Assembly (NCBI GenBank): GCA_951406725.2
Contig: OX597816.1
Location: forward strand, 68,510,001-68,574,000
Origin: Octopus vulgaris
Taxonomy: Eukaryota
Length of the DNA: 64,000 nucleotides
Direction: 5' to 3'
Shown: positions 28,866 through 41,625 of the stretch, in pieces
Numbering within the stretch: the stretch's first letter is position 1
Layout: each line of letters begins with the position of its first letter
The notes under the pieces: model-generated
The model's database searches: none
What the model was told of the DNA's origin: nothing
The model's input: only the letters and a program-made list of their open reading frames with translations
Translations under genes and position numbers: made by a program

Positions 28866-29458
28866 ATACAGATAAGGAAATAATTTTATTTTCAAAGACA
28901 GGATAATACTAATAATGTAGCATGAACAGGATAAACTATCCATATTTTGCAGGAAACTATGTCGGTGGTCAGCCATGAGACTCGAACTCACATCCCTGAG
29001 GTTACGCGTCAGGTGCTTTACCATTAAGCTAAATTGAAATTTCAGGATATATAAATCTAGCGTTTATAAATGACGCTATCGTCCGTTAAATTTAACCTAC
29101 GTTGAAAGTCTGCTAACAAAGTTTGCTTTAGAAGCTTTGAGAAGTATTGAACGATACAGATAAGGAAATAATTTTATTCTCAATCTCTCCTAAAGCAAAC
29201 CTTGTTTGTTGACTTTCAATATAAGTTGAATTTAATGTAGGATTGCGTCATATAGATCTAGATTTATATATCCTAAAATTGCAAAAGAATTTGTCGCTGG
29301 ATAGTTTAGCTTAATGGTAAAGCTCTTGAAGCCTAATCACAGGAACGTGTGTTCGAATCTCATGCCTCGCCGCCGACAACATTTTCGGCAAAATATGGAT
29401 AGTCTATCCTGTTCATGCTATATTATTAGCATTATCCTGCGTTTGATAATAAAATTAT
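28866..29458. repeat. imperfect ~250-bp inverted repeat containing two divergent tRNA-like heads
   Basis: 28880-29131 is a diverged reverse complement of 29190-29458; each arm has tagcttaatgg (A box) and gttcga(a/g)tc (B box). Confidence 0.8.
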
Positions 29459-29640
29459 GGCTTAGTATTTAGCGTATTCAACTCACGATTGTAAGGTCGT
29501 GTGTTCGATCCAGGGCGGTGCGTTGTGTCATTGAGCAAAAGACTCTATTTCACGTTGCTCCAGTTATACCTGTATTTCAAAGGGCTATCGCTCTGGGAAC
29601 TACGTTAAGAGTATCCGTGTCTGTGGAATGTAGTTTTCCC
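29457..29640 (+). mobile_element. SINE family B, internally deleted
   Basis: tggcttagt...gtgttcgatcc...gcgttgtgtcattgagcaa...tttcacgttgctccagt. Confidence 0.7.
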
Positions 29641-29778
29641 ACGCTTTTTGGGAGAATACTGTAACATCATCTGATCCTGTAATTCGATGGAGATGTTGGG
29701 GTGACTGGCACTATGCAGTGGCACTCCATTCTGATGTTCGTGTAATTTCCAGAATTTCCCAATGTGTATCCTTGCGTA

Positions 29779-29817
<39 letters not shown>

Positions 29818-29824
29818 CATTAGC

Positions 29825-30287
29825 TACATTTACTTAATATATACCCTATGCTTCGTGTATTTTCCGGTGGGTGCAATAGCATGGTGGAGTATATACACTC
29901 TCAAAGCCACAGGTGTTAAAAAGGCTCAGAGTCATGGACACGGGAGTTAACTCACTTGTCCTACTTGGGAGTGATGAACGCGGGGTGTTTTGCTATTTTG
30001 GGGGCCTATTAACACCACGTACCCGCCAGGTCACTTAGCCATCTCACGACTTACATGATCATAGCTTGTAAAACCATGTACTGGCACACCAGGAAATTGC
30101 ATTCCTAAGAGAAAATTTATACATGGAATAAAGGCGGCTCTAGTAAAACAAATATTATTAAATACATACACTTAATACATATGCTTCGTGTATTTTTCGA
30201 TGGCCGCAGTAGCGAGGTGGGGTTGATATACTCTCGCAGTGCCGGGTGTTAAACCACTTCGGTCATGGACAGGCGAGGTAACTCACC
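29825..30287. repeat. diverged ~130-bp direct repeat next to (ATT)n
   Basis: 29825-29957 vs 30163-30287 share tatgcttcgtgtatttt, ggtgttaaa, gtcatggaca and taactcac. Confidence 0.7.
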
Positions 30288-31273
30288 TTCTATCCCATTT
30301 GCGTATAGGGGACAGCGTTTTTTTTTTTGCCGTATTTGTCGTTTGTCCAGATAACATATATAATTCATGGGTTAACTAGATGAGTTGCCTTCATCTCTGG
30401 CGGGTATACATGCATACCTACCTATCTACCTACATGCATACACGCATATATATACACACACATATATAAACAGTCACACACACACAAATGTATATGCGTA
30501 TATATAAATACAAACACAAACACACACACACACACATATATATATGTATATATATATATATGCATAAATCTGTTTTATTTTACTTGAAGCGTGTAATATG
30601 AGAAAATATATCTGTATGTATACACACGCACACACTCTCACACACACGCATACATACATAAACACGCGCACACACACACATACACATATATGTTCATTTA
30701 TGTTCTTCTATATATCACTTCTGGATGAATTATTTTCTGAGAATTTGAAGTATTTTAGTTAGAGTTACGAAAAGAAATTCGAGAAGGAATAAAACTTGTT
30801 TCTTTTCGGTGTTGGTGAGCATCAGAAATTATTTGGAGAAACATGAATCATTACCAGTATGATATTTAATTAAAATAAAGTGTTAGCATTTTATCTCCTA
30901 TGAGATTAATCAGCGTGATATACCAAACAGCTTCAATATCAATGTTCGAATTTATTGAACTTTATGGATATCGAAGGAATATATTTAATCAACAAGATTG
31001 TCTTCACTTTCACTCGTTGAGCCACTTATGCAAATTGCTTCTGTAACTTACAGAAGTCGTTAATGCATTATTAATATAAAATTAAAGAAATTATTTAGTA
31101 ATTCTATAGCATTAGGTAATTAAACATAATATTGTGCCATAGGGATATTATAGGTACAGATTAAAGCAAATTATTGGTTATTGTTCAGTCTGTATCAAAT
31201 ATATCGCATCTTAAGCAAGATGGTGTGTCTAATAATGTTTGTGTTAATGTAGTTCCTCCGGCATGTATTTTCT

Positions 31274-31338
<65 letters not shown>

Positions 31339-31658
31339 TGTACATTAGAACACATTAAGAGGCTTCTAAATAGGAAAGCCTTGTGCTAGAAAGAGCAGTA
31401 GAAAACTCAAACCACTAATGATGGATATATTCTCGAAAGGATTGAAAATGAAAAACGTTTACCATCTAATTTAGTTCCTAGACCATGGTTTCTAACTTAT
31501 TCCAGAATGAGTCTATTGACTATTTTTTTTTGTGCTAGGCCACTGGTAATAATGATTTCTATAATTCTTATTACCCTAATATTATTTATTATATATATGT
31601 ATATATATAGAGATACCTGCATAAATACATAATTACACTGAAACCTGCGCGCGCACAC

Positions 31659-31724
<66 letters not shown>

Positions 31725-32409
31725 TACAAGCGCTAAGCAGTGGTGTGCATAAATATAAACTTGTTACTAATTCAAATATGCCTCGGAGATATTCGGACCT
31801 CCAGAGAAGGCTATTCGCTGAATCATCGTCAGATGGAAAAGGGAGAGAGGAGAGAAAGAGAGAGAGAGAGAGAGAGGAGAAGGAGATGGAGGAGGAAAAA
31901 GAAGAAGTAGAAGAAGAAGAAGAAGAGGATGAAGAGGAATCAACCTCGGTAATTGAGTGGTTCTTTATTTGACGAAATTGAAGTTGACTTGAGCACTATT
32001 TGAACACAGAGAGCCACAATTAAATCTAACCAACGGTCAAACGACTCGGCTAACCCATTGTACTTCGATTTAGAACAAGTGATATATAACATGCAAAAGT
32101 ATATTCTATGTTTGCGTATATATATATATATATATATGCGTATCTGTGATGGTGTGCGTACATGTATCAGTCGGGAGACAAAATAATTCGAGCGATAAGC
32201 TTTATGAATTTGCCCGTTATTTTCATTCCGCTTTTGTTTCTTTTTAGCCTTGGAGTCACCAGTTAATTGATTTTAGGGAAATGCATTCTGTTTATTGTTT
32301 ACTTATTATACCTTTGTTTATTCTTCACTAAAATATATTCTCTAGCATGCTAGTAAGAGGAGGATAATATTGATTCGTATTTTATGTTCGGGTCCTTATT
32401 TGACTTTAG

Positions 32410-32660
32410 GAGTCATAAGACCTGGTTTCCATGACGTGGATGTGACTCAGAATACAGTATTCCATACTGAAAGGAACGCCTGTGTATCACAGGATTTTCT
32501 TCCTAGCTATTGCTGGAACTCATTTACAGCTGAGTGGACTGTGGCAACGTAAAATGAAATCTTTTGCGCAAGAACCCAACTTACCACTCAGTCCAGAATT
32601 CGAAACCAGGACCTGATGAACGTGAGTGAAACACTCTAACCACTGGGCAATGCACCTTCA
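32410..32660 (-). mobile_element. SINE family B-related copy
   Basis: minus-strand tgcccagtggttagagtg...ggtttcgaattc head and cgttgccacagtccactcagctg core. Confidence 0.65.
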
Positions 32661-32813
32661 CCGTATGTTACCTACTTTCTATTTTGTCTTTGTATTCTTT
32701 CAGCTTCGTCAAATTTTGATGAGGAGCAGTGCTTATAAGCTTATGCATGAATCCCAAGGAACGTAAGATGGATGAAACAACTAAAGATTGCACATATATT
32801 CATAAAGTTTAAG

Positions 32814-33040
32814 GGCGGCGAGCTGGCAGAACCGTTAGCACGCCGGGCGAAATGCGTAGCCGTATTTCGTCTACCGTTACGTTCTGAGTTCAAATTCCGC
32901 TGAGGTTGACTTTGCCTTTCATCCTTTCGGGGTCGATAAATTAAGTACCAGTTACGCACTGGGGTCGATGTAATCGACTTAATCCGTCTGTCCTTGTTTG
33001 TCCCCTCTGTGTTTGGCCCCTTGTGGGTAGTAAAGAAATA
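32814..33040 (+). mobile_element. full-length SINE family A monomer with TSD
   Basis: ggcggcgagctggcagaaccgttagcac...taaagaaata; TSD atatattcataaagttt (32794-32810) / atatatttagaaagttt (33040-33056). Confidence 0.9.
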
Positions 33041-34003
33041 TATATTTAGAAAGTTTGCAAGATTAAATGCACCGAAGATATTGTTGGTGTAGTCATTGAA
33101 CTCCAGGTAAACACTGCTTGAGAATACATATAATTAAAGGTTTTATGTGAAAGCCATTCCGTACAGTATCTAGAACTGCACTGATTATTCTATGCGTTAT
33201 ATTTGTAGATATTAGGATATGATATAAGAAAAAAATTAACTGATGAATGATAGTAGGAAAAACCAGCTGTAATTTCCAGTTAAATAAATGGTCGTATAAT
33301 TAATTTCCCTTTGGTTCATAAATGAACCCCGATAGCAGTGAATGGATCTGTTGTTGGCGAAACACAGAATCAGTGACGCAAGAACAAGTGTAATACTTCT
33401 GACAGATTTTTGCACTCAGTTCTTTCACAAAAGTACCGAATTCCTCACAAAAGGTTTAGATAGAATTGAAGCTGTGGTTGAATGAAATTGTCCAAGCTTT
33501 TTACGCAATGAAAATGAAACCATAGATACGTGATTGAGAACAGTAACCACTGAATCTCATAAACATTCTTTCACGGTAATTTCAGCGAATCTTCTTTCTT
33601 ACGTGGAAATTGATTTACAAACGCTTCGGAGATTGTAAATTGTAAAAAGATGACTGGCATATCTATTTTTTAATACCTTGCGGTAGATTCGAATGCGAAT
33701 ATGCTAATCACTGTTGTGTTTTCCTCATAGGAGAACAACTTCTTTTTACCACAAGTATGTGTTTTATGACACTCGATTCATTAGTACAAGGAATTCTGGG
33801 ACACTAGTATTTCGAGATATTGTGACTTGATTGTTTGAAATCCCTCCAGATCAATGAATCTACTAAAAATTGATGGTACCGTTTATATGTTCAGCGAAAA
33901 TACTATTTCCTAATCCGTGCTGATATCTGCCAACTGACACTAGCTTGTTGAACAGCGAGGTTGTAAACGTTGATTTGAACAAATCGGAAAAACAAAACGA
34001 AAG

Positions 34004-34654
34004 TGTTATAATCCTTGAAATGTTGGATCGTTATAACGCCAACTCTGGTATACAGTATACTTAATAAATCCAGTAAAAACACGACAGTCTCTCTTTTCTT
34101 TATAAGCCACAAGGGCCCAAAATAGAGGGGGACAAACAAGGACAGACAGGACACCACAGATGGGACAATACATAAAACGAATATGAATGAGATGATGATA
34201 TAACAATGAGGTTATGAATGGCTGCATGTGCCCCTCATCACATGCATTACCATTAATATTTTTTTTACAGTCCATTTTATGTATTTACATAACAATTAAT
34301 TATCGTGTTACATACCATTGCAAGTATTTGAACCGTTATATACATTATCTACAATTGTTCTATTTTTCAATATTTTTTTAACATAACATAAAACACTTTA
34401 CTCTTTCCTTTTTTCCTCCTTTTTATTTTTTTCTTTTCTTTTTTCCTGTCAATTTAACATACTTATTTTCTGTTTAGTAGTACTTCATCAATGGTTCAAT
34501 TTCTATTAAATCCACTAAAAGACACGACAGTCTCTGACCGCCTATTGCGTACTTCGGTACTTCACGTATTTCTCTTTACTTATAGAGACCAGGTTATTCC
34601 ATTCGTCATATGGGAGGGATGTACCATTATTACTAATTATTACTAATTCCTACA
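34004..34654 (-). repeat. 3' LTR, interrupted by a ~410 bp insertion
   Basis: 34004-34092 plus 34507-34654 together align to 37062-37259. Confidence 0.8.
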
Positions 34655-36510
34655 TAATGTACCCCTTTTAAGCTTTTCTTAAGAAGTGTCATTTTATTTA
34701 GCAATAATGTATTTCATTCGTTCCACCTCCCTTTTCATAGTATTTTCTTTCTTCGCCAAAATCTAATATTTTTTGCGCTTGGCATCTATTTTCAGGAACT
34801 CTGTACGTTTTCTTTTCCTCTCACTTGTACGCCTGGGTTAAATCACCTGCAGTGGCATTGGTACCATTTTATCGATTCCTCCACCGTTTTTGGTTCGCTT
34901 TCCACGAAACTCCTTTACACTTGGTTCCTTTGTCCCTTTTGTATGCTTTTTCTACTTTTTACCCAATACATCATTTTACCTATGCATTTGGTAATTACGT
35001 CATCTTATCAACTCTGCCCTCATATACACCTTCTCACTGACTTTTGAAGAATTTTACTATGTCTTCCCTGGAACTTTTTCTTTTCTTGCCAGGTAGCAAT
35101 TTATCAAAGACGGGTTTTACTTTCCTTGCAAGCATCAGCTCCACTGGTGAGCTAGCTGCTGGCGCATTCGGATTTGGTGTCACACGGTACATTCTTAAAG
35201 ATTGTTATAGAACTACCTCGTCCGTAATTTCCTTATTCGATTTTCTAAGGACACTCTTGAAGGTGTCGACAAAGCTTTCTGCCTGTCCGTTAGATCTGGG
35301 ATGGCATATGTTCTACTGCGAATATTTTACAAAATTTAAAAAATTCGCTCGACACAAATTATTTTCCTTTGTCAGAATCTTGTTTGGGATGCCAAATCTC
35401 GCAAACAATTCATGCCTAAAATTTATCACAGTTGAAGAGGTTGGTTTTTTACATTTACAAATTTCAGGTCATTTCGAGAAACTATCAACTACCACTAAGT
35501 ACTAAGAACCATTTAAAGGACCATCTACTTTTGAACAATGTTTACTTTTTATCGTGGGCAATTTTTCATTTCGTTTTGGCTTAAATACAGGTGCGCCACT
35601 CTGTTTTATTGCATTTTTTTTGTTTCAGTCCTTCGACTGAACAAACTATATATCCACAAGAAACATTTATGGGAGTATTCCATACTTTGAATAGTTCCAT
35701 CCACTCTGTGCCGAAGAAATTAAGTGAACTTTTTAACACATATATCTTTACCTTTTTAGCTTGACCTTGAAATGTTTCATTACATACGAATTCACCGAAA
35801 AAATATAATCGTTTCCCCGTAACACCATGTGCTACCTTTTTAGATTTCATAAGTTTTGGCTTACCGACATATTTCCAAGTTTCTTCGTATATAATAGTGA
35901 TATCACTTCCAGTATCTAATTTCATTGTAACACTTGTATTTCAGATTTTAACCTTCACGAATTTCCTAATTGTTATATTACCAATTTCCATTCTTTGTTC
36001 TGAAGTTTTGTTATCTTCGTTCTACAGTGCGTTTTTATATGTCCATAACGAAAGCACTCCGTTTTTCTAAATGGACAATTTTTCCTCAGGTGTATACCTC
36101 CACATGCAAAACATGCGTTTATTTCCTGATTTTTGTCGTGTTTCTTTAGAAAAAATGTTATCTCCATTCTGACTATTTCGCACTTGGAAACAATCTTTAC
36201 GTTCAATTTCCTCTGTGTCGTCTCTAAATTTGAATCTTTTCACATTCTCCTGACAATTGTTGTTGGGTTACATCCTGACATTGTACCAGCTTAGCGAGAA
36301 TTCTAGTTTTAACTTCTGCGTTTTTTTTCCTGCAGTTAATGCCTGCGTAAAAATCAGGCATTTGAACATATCTGGCGTTAATTCATCCAGCTTGCACTAC
36401 TCGTATTTCCTGTTAACTCTACCAGTAAGTGTGATGTAGTCTTCGTCGTTGTTTTTCTCTATGTTCTCACTTCCAACATGTGTTGAACAATGAGCTTTTT
36501 TCACTGAAAA

Positions 36511-36562
36511 TTTTCACAATATATCTATTGTGTCATTAGTCACAATAGATATATTGTGAAAA
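36511..36562. repeat. perfect 22-bp inverted repeat with 8-nt spacer
   Basis: ttttcacaatatatctattgtg-tcattagt-cacaatagatatattgtgaaaa. Confidence 0.95.
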
Positions 36563-37061
36563 GTTTTTGTCAGGTTTTCTCAGGAGTACGTAACGGCTGT
36601 AATGCTCATGTTCTGTCGTCGCCAGTTTTCTCAAGATTAAACGCCTTTTCATCTCGTCGTCCCAATCCTCACATTCTTTCTCAAAGATTTGGTCATATCT
36701 TCTGTTGTATGCCTAGAAAGTAACACCTTTGTCTGCTTCATATTTGAACTGTTTTATCGAGGTCGCAACATAGTCTAGCGAGAACGTATTTTCTAAAATT
36801 CTTGACGACTTCATTAATTGCAACATTTGTTGTGGTAAAATCAGTTGTTGTTATTGTTACTTCTGTTGTTGTTCTTGCAGCTGAATCTGCTGTTGTTGTT
36901 ATTTTTACAAGTCGACTAAACCGGCCAACAAATTTTCCATACATTTACGATTTTTCGTAAAATTCGTACTCTAACTTTGTGAGATTATTAACTAATGTGA
37001 ATTAGCTTATCGTCGTCAAGTTTATCAATTCCACGTGAGTTGTTCAAATCCTCCTCGCCAC

Positions 37062-37259
37062 TGTTATAATCTTTAAAATGTTGGATTGTTATAACACCCA
37101 CTTCGGTATACAGTATATTTAGTAAAACCAGTAAAGACACGACTATTTCTGACCGACTACTACGTACTCCAGCACTTCACGCACTTCCCTTTACTTATAG
37201 TGACTAGGTTATTCCAGTCGTCAGTGGGAGGGGTATATCATTACTACTAATTGCCTACA
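37062..37259 (-). repeat. 5' LTR (~198 bp)
   Basis: tgttataat...cctaca on the plus strand, adjacent to the PBS-like cctcctcgcca. Confidence 0.8.
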
Positions 37260-37601
37260 ACAAAAACAAAAACAAAAAACACCTAGAAAAATAGATTTGT
37301 TAGCAACACTTTAGGTTAAGCAACTTTCGAAAAATATATGTATTCAGTGTTTATTTTTGCTACTTATTTTCTCATCATTCCTGTAATATCTTTCATTATT
37401 CTCATCTTCAACCCTCTTCCTCCTCCTCCTCCTGATCATCATAATCATCATAATCATTCACAAACAAATACTATAAACTTATTTTCAACGTCTACTTATT
37501 CAAGTTTCATTCTTAATCCCAACATCGATTTTCCTCCTCTCTCTCTCCAACTTTCTACTCCCCACTCTCCTTTACTTCTCAACAAAACTTTGATTCTTTA
37601 C

Positions 37602-37667
<66 letters not shown>

Positions 37668-38089
37668 TATTGTTTATATTTGCTTTACTGAAATTCCCAA
37701 TATGTCAATAATTTGTTTCTGTAGCATTGTTGCTGTCTCCGTCAGTGTTGCTGTGATTGTCATTGTTGACGGTGCTACAGTCGCCTTTGTTCTAAATTAA
37801 ACAGAAGAATTGGTGTAACTGAATTGATTCACATCTCAGCAGCTCCCAAAGGATTTGCTTTGATGCAGAATTGACAGCGGAATGTATTCAGGTTAAGTGG
37901 TCAGCTGTTTGATAGAAGCCTCTGCTAATTCTAATGCAAAGCAACTAACTCGTCGGTATCTATTATTCTACATAACAGAGAAATAGATGAATTTCACTGA
38001 CCTGGCTACATACCTAACAGACCAAGTGCATTCTTCAAAAACAAAATTAAATACACAGTCTATATTATTGTAATTGTGCACAGTTTATA

Positions 38090-38220
38090 TAAATGAATGC
38101 ATACATACATGCGTACATTCATGCAAACATATATGTGTGCGCTTCTGAGTGTGTTTATCTGCGTGTGTATAAATATGTGTGTGTTTGTCTGAATTTGCGT
38201 GTGTATATATGCATGTATAT

Positions 38221-38258
<38 letters not shown>

Positions 38259-38501
38259 CAATATATATGTATTTTTATATTTAGTTATATTTATATGTAT
38301 ACATCATCTCTCTCTGTCTGTCAACCTATCTATCTATCTACATACATACGTGCATATACACGCACATACATATATCGAATATATATAAATATATATATAA
38401 ATGATATATATATGTATATATATATATATATATATATAAATGATATATATATGTATATATATATAATGTAAATGATATATATATATATGTATATATACAT
38501 A

Positions 38502-38545
<44 letters not shown>

Positions 38546-38984
38546 AATGATATATATATGCATATATATATATATATATATATATATACAAATGATATAT
38601 AAATGATATATATATGTATATATACATATATATATATATAATGTAAATGATATATATATGCATATATATATATGTATATATATATAAATATATATGTATA
38701 TATACATATATATATATAATGTAAATGATATATATATGCATATATATGTATAATATAAATGACATGTATATATATATAATATATATGTGGTGATGCATTT
38801 CTTTTGCTGACCCCTCAATATTAGTATATATATATATATATAAAATTATATATATATGCATACATACATACATATATGTACACATATATATATAATATAA
38901 ATGATATATATATGCATATATACATACATATATGTACATATATATATATATATACATATATATATGCATATATACATACATATA

Positions 38985-39022
<38 letters not shown>

Positions 39023-39070
39023 TACATACATATATGTACATACATATATATGTTTATACATATGCATCTA
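38090..39070. repeat. compound (TA)n microsatellite with higher-order taaatgatatatatatg units
   Basis: directly visible. Confidence 0.9.
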
Positions 39071-39851
39071 TGAGTACAGGACGTCGTAAAACGTAAAGAA
39101 CATGAAATACGAAAACAATGAATACGAACGTTTTTTGCGAACAACGAAAGAAACAATGGTAAACAACACAAGTAACATAATGGACGACCCTTCATCAGTT
39201 GTCGGCTGTTTATCTACTCCACATTTCGAGCAATTACGACAAGATGTGCCTTCGAGAAAACAGTTACTCCCGCAAAGCAATATAAAATTTGGGATTTTGC
39301 GGAAAGTCAAAGTTGGTAACAAAAACAGGACAGTGAAAACAAACAGTAGGGGCCGCTAAGCCCTTGTGGCCGTGTAGTTGAGAATTACGCTTTCAGCTCT
39401 GGGTTCGATGCTTTTTCATAGAACATTTGGAGTATGTAAAACTGTGTAGATGGACTCTTTGCAGAAACCAGTCTGATGAACTACAGATGGAATTCAAATA
39501 TTCAATCTGATTACACTCTGTCACACTAATTCTGTTAGGGAATTAATTTTAACTCTTTTGCTATCATAATTCTGCTGAAATAGACTGTTTTATCTAAGGC
39601 TACTGGGCCCAATTGTAAACATTGCAGTGAAGTACGGCTATAATAATATTGTCGCTGCAACGTATGTTTCGCAATAATTCCTTAAGTTCTTGAGCATTAT
39701 GGCGCAAAGTATCCACACTATAGCAAGAAAACAGAAAGAAAGAAAGAAAAAGAAAATTTACGGAACAAACAGATTTCAAATTTTACGACATATCGACATT
39801 ACTTATCAGATAAAAGGCATTTTCTTTATGTTCGTTTAGCTTGCGGTTATT

Positions 39852-39924
<73 letters not shown>

Positions 39925-39926
<2 letters not shown>

Positions 39927-40260
39927 AAGTTAAAAATTGTCTAAAGTCGTAAGACACCCGCTGTTTTTGTCCTGTTTACCATTCTTGTTTTTTATTTCTA
40001 TTTTTTGTTTCTTGTATTTATATTCGTGTTGCATCCTGTCTTTGTTTCGTATACATTCGATCTTCTTTCCAAGAAATCTAATGCCTGTGGCTTAGTTTTT
40101 CCTTGGGGCTGGCCGGTTCGGAGCAATATTGAGATTAAACAGCCGAAATTGCTAAGATGATCCGGTTCCCGACTGAAGATTAGAGGCTTCGAGTGACCCG
40201 TCTTTTTTTTGTGTCGTCTCTTTGTGTGTTTTTGCGTTCTTGTCCCACTTTGTAATTTAT
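39925..40260 (+). mobile_element. unclassified (TA)n-embedded repeat, copy 1
   Basis: 40030-40202 is homologous to the reverse complement of 56424-56592. Confidence 0.65.
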
Positions 40261-40278
40261 ATTATATATTTAATTTCT

Positions 40279-40314
<36 letters not shown>

Positions 40315-40434
40315 CTTTGCGGCCTACTGTAGAAAGTAATACGAATGTGTGTGTGTCTCCGTGCATGTGTGCATGTGTGTGTGTATTTATATATATATAT
40401 ATATATATACACATACATATATACAACCATATCT

Positions 40435-40474
<40 letters not shown>

Positions 40475-40666
40475 ATGTATATATATATATATACACTAGA
40501 GGCGTAATTAAAAGTTATAGATATTCGATTATTTGTTATTATTCTCTTTAGAATACATTTTTTATATTACTGCTCCTACTTTACGTAATTCTACGGAACC
40601 GTTCCATAAACTTTGCATCAAATAACAGAGCACATAACACACATTCAGATACGCTCATACATATCT

Positions 40667-40710
<44 letters not shown>

Positions 40711-41256
40711 ATATGCACGTATATCAATCAATATAGTCTAAAATGAAATACGTGGACCGTGATTCACTAATATGCACGTGCTCTCTAACGTTTGCTTTAG
40801 TAAAGTCGCTCTCCAAGTGAAGGATCCCATTGTTAATCCCTGTATTTCCCATATGGCCTTTAAAAAAATTCCTGATCATTAATATCCATGAGTATTTTAA
40901 TTTAATCCATTAATATGGGGATTCAAGCAGCTCAATGTTGTTAGAGGAACAGTGTTGTTGTGCTTGATAACTGTAGAACAGTCATTATCCAGAAAACCCA
41001 TCTAAAAGACATCCCAGAGCGGTATTAGTTCCGGCTCTTTACGGTCGAACTCATATCGCGATGTGTTTAACTTTACTTTTAAAAACCTTTTCAGGGGTCG
41101 ATAAAATAAAGTGCTAATAACCTCCTGTGTTCGCTTTAATTGACGTCTCTCTCTTCTCAAACTTCGCTAGCCTCGTGTTCTAATTTGAATTATTATCATA
41201 AGGGACTGTAAATTGATATTATGTAATATTCTTTTAATTTCCTAAAACATTAGTGC

Positions 41257-41625
41257 TCTTTTACTTGTTTCAGTCATTAGACTGTGGCCATGCTGGAACA
41301 CCGCCTTTAGTCGAGCAGCTCGACCCCAGGACCTATTCTTTGTGAGCCTAGTACTTATTCTATCGGTCTCTTTTGCCGAACCGCTAAGTTATGGGGACGT
41401 AAACATACCACCATCAGTTGTCAAGCGATGTTGGGGGGACAAACACAGACACACATACATATATACGACGGGCTTCTTTCAGTTTCTGTCTACCAAATCC
41501 ACTCACAAGGCTTTGGTCAGCCCGAGGCTATAGTAGAAGACACTTGCCTAAGGTGCCACGCAGTGGGACTGAACCCGGAACAATGTGGTTCGTAAGCAAG
41601 CTACTTACCACACAGCCACTCCTAC
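41257..41625 (-). mobile_element. SINE family C
   Basis: collinear with the other family C copies. Confidence 0.9.

Larger units (their letters stand above)
34004..37259 (-). mobile_element. internally deleted Ty3/Gypsy (Mag-like) LTR retrotransposon
   Basis: TG...CA LTRs, PBS-like tggcgaggagg next to the 5' LTR, purine tract taaaagggg near the 3' LTR, gag knuckles CFACGGIHLRKNC and CFRYGHIKTHC, protease LDTGS, integrase remnants (YLVVVDSFSK, FARFGIP, HPRSNGQAESFV); no RT/RNase H between protease and integrase. Confidence 0.85.

Noticed and set aside
29296-29370. Functional tRNA genes here and at the SINE heads
   Set aside because: A/B boxes present, but no complete cloverleaf with acceptor stem and 7-nt anticodon loop
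31745-31972. Glu/Arg-rich 75-aa ORF
   Set aside because: Purine-rich (GA)n/(GAA)n low-complexity tract
39077-39355. CUGAUGA (minus strand, ~39193-39199) in a short island next to (TA)n
   Set aside because: No GAAA/UH with closing stems could be arranged into any hammerhead topology
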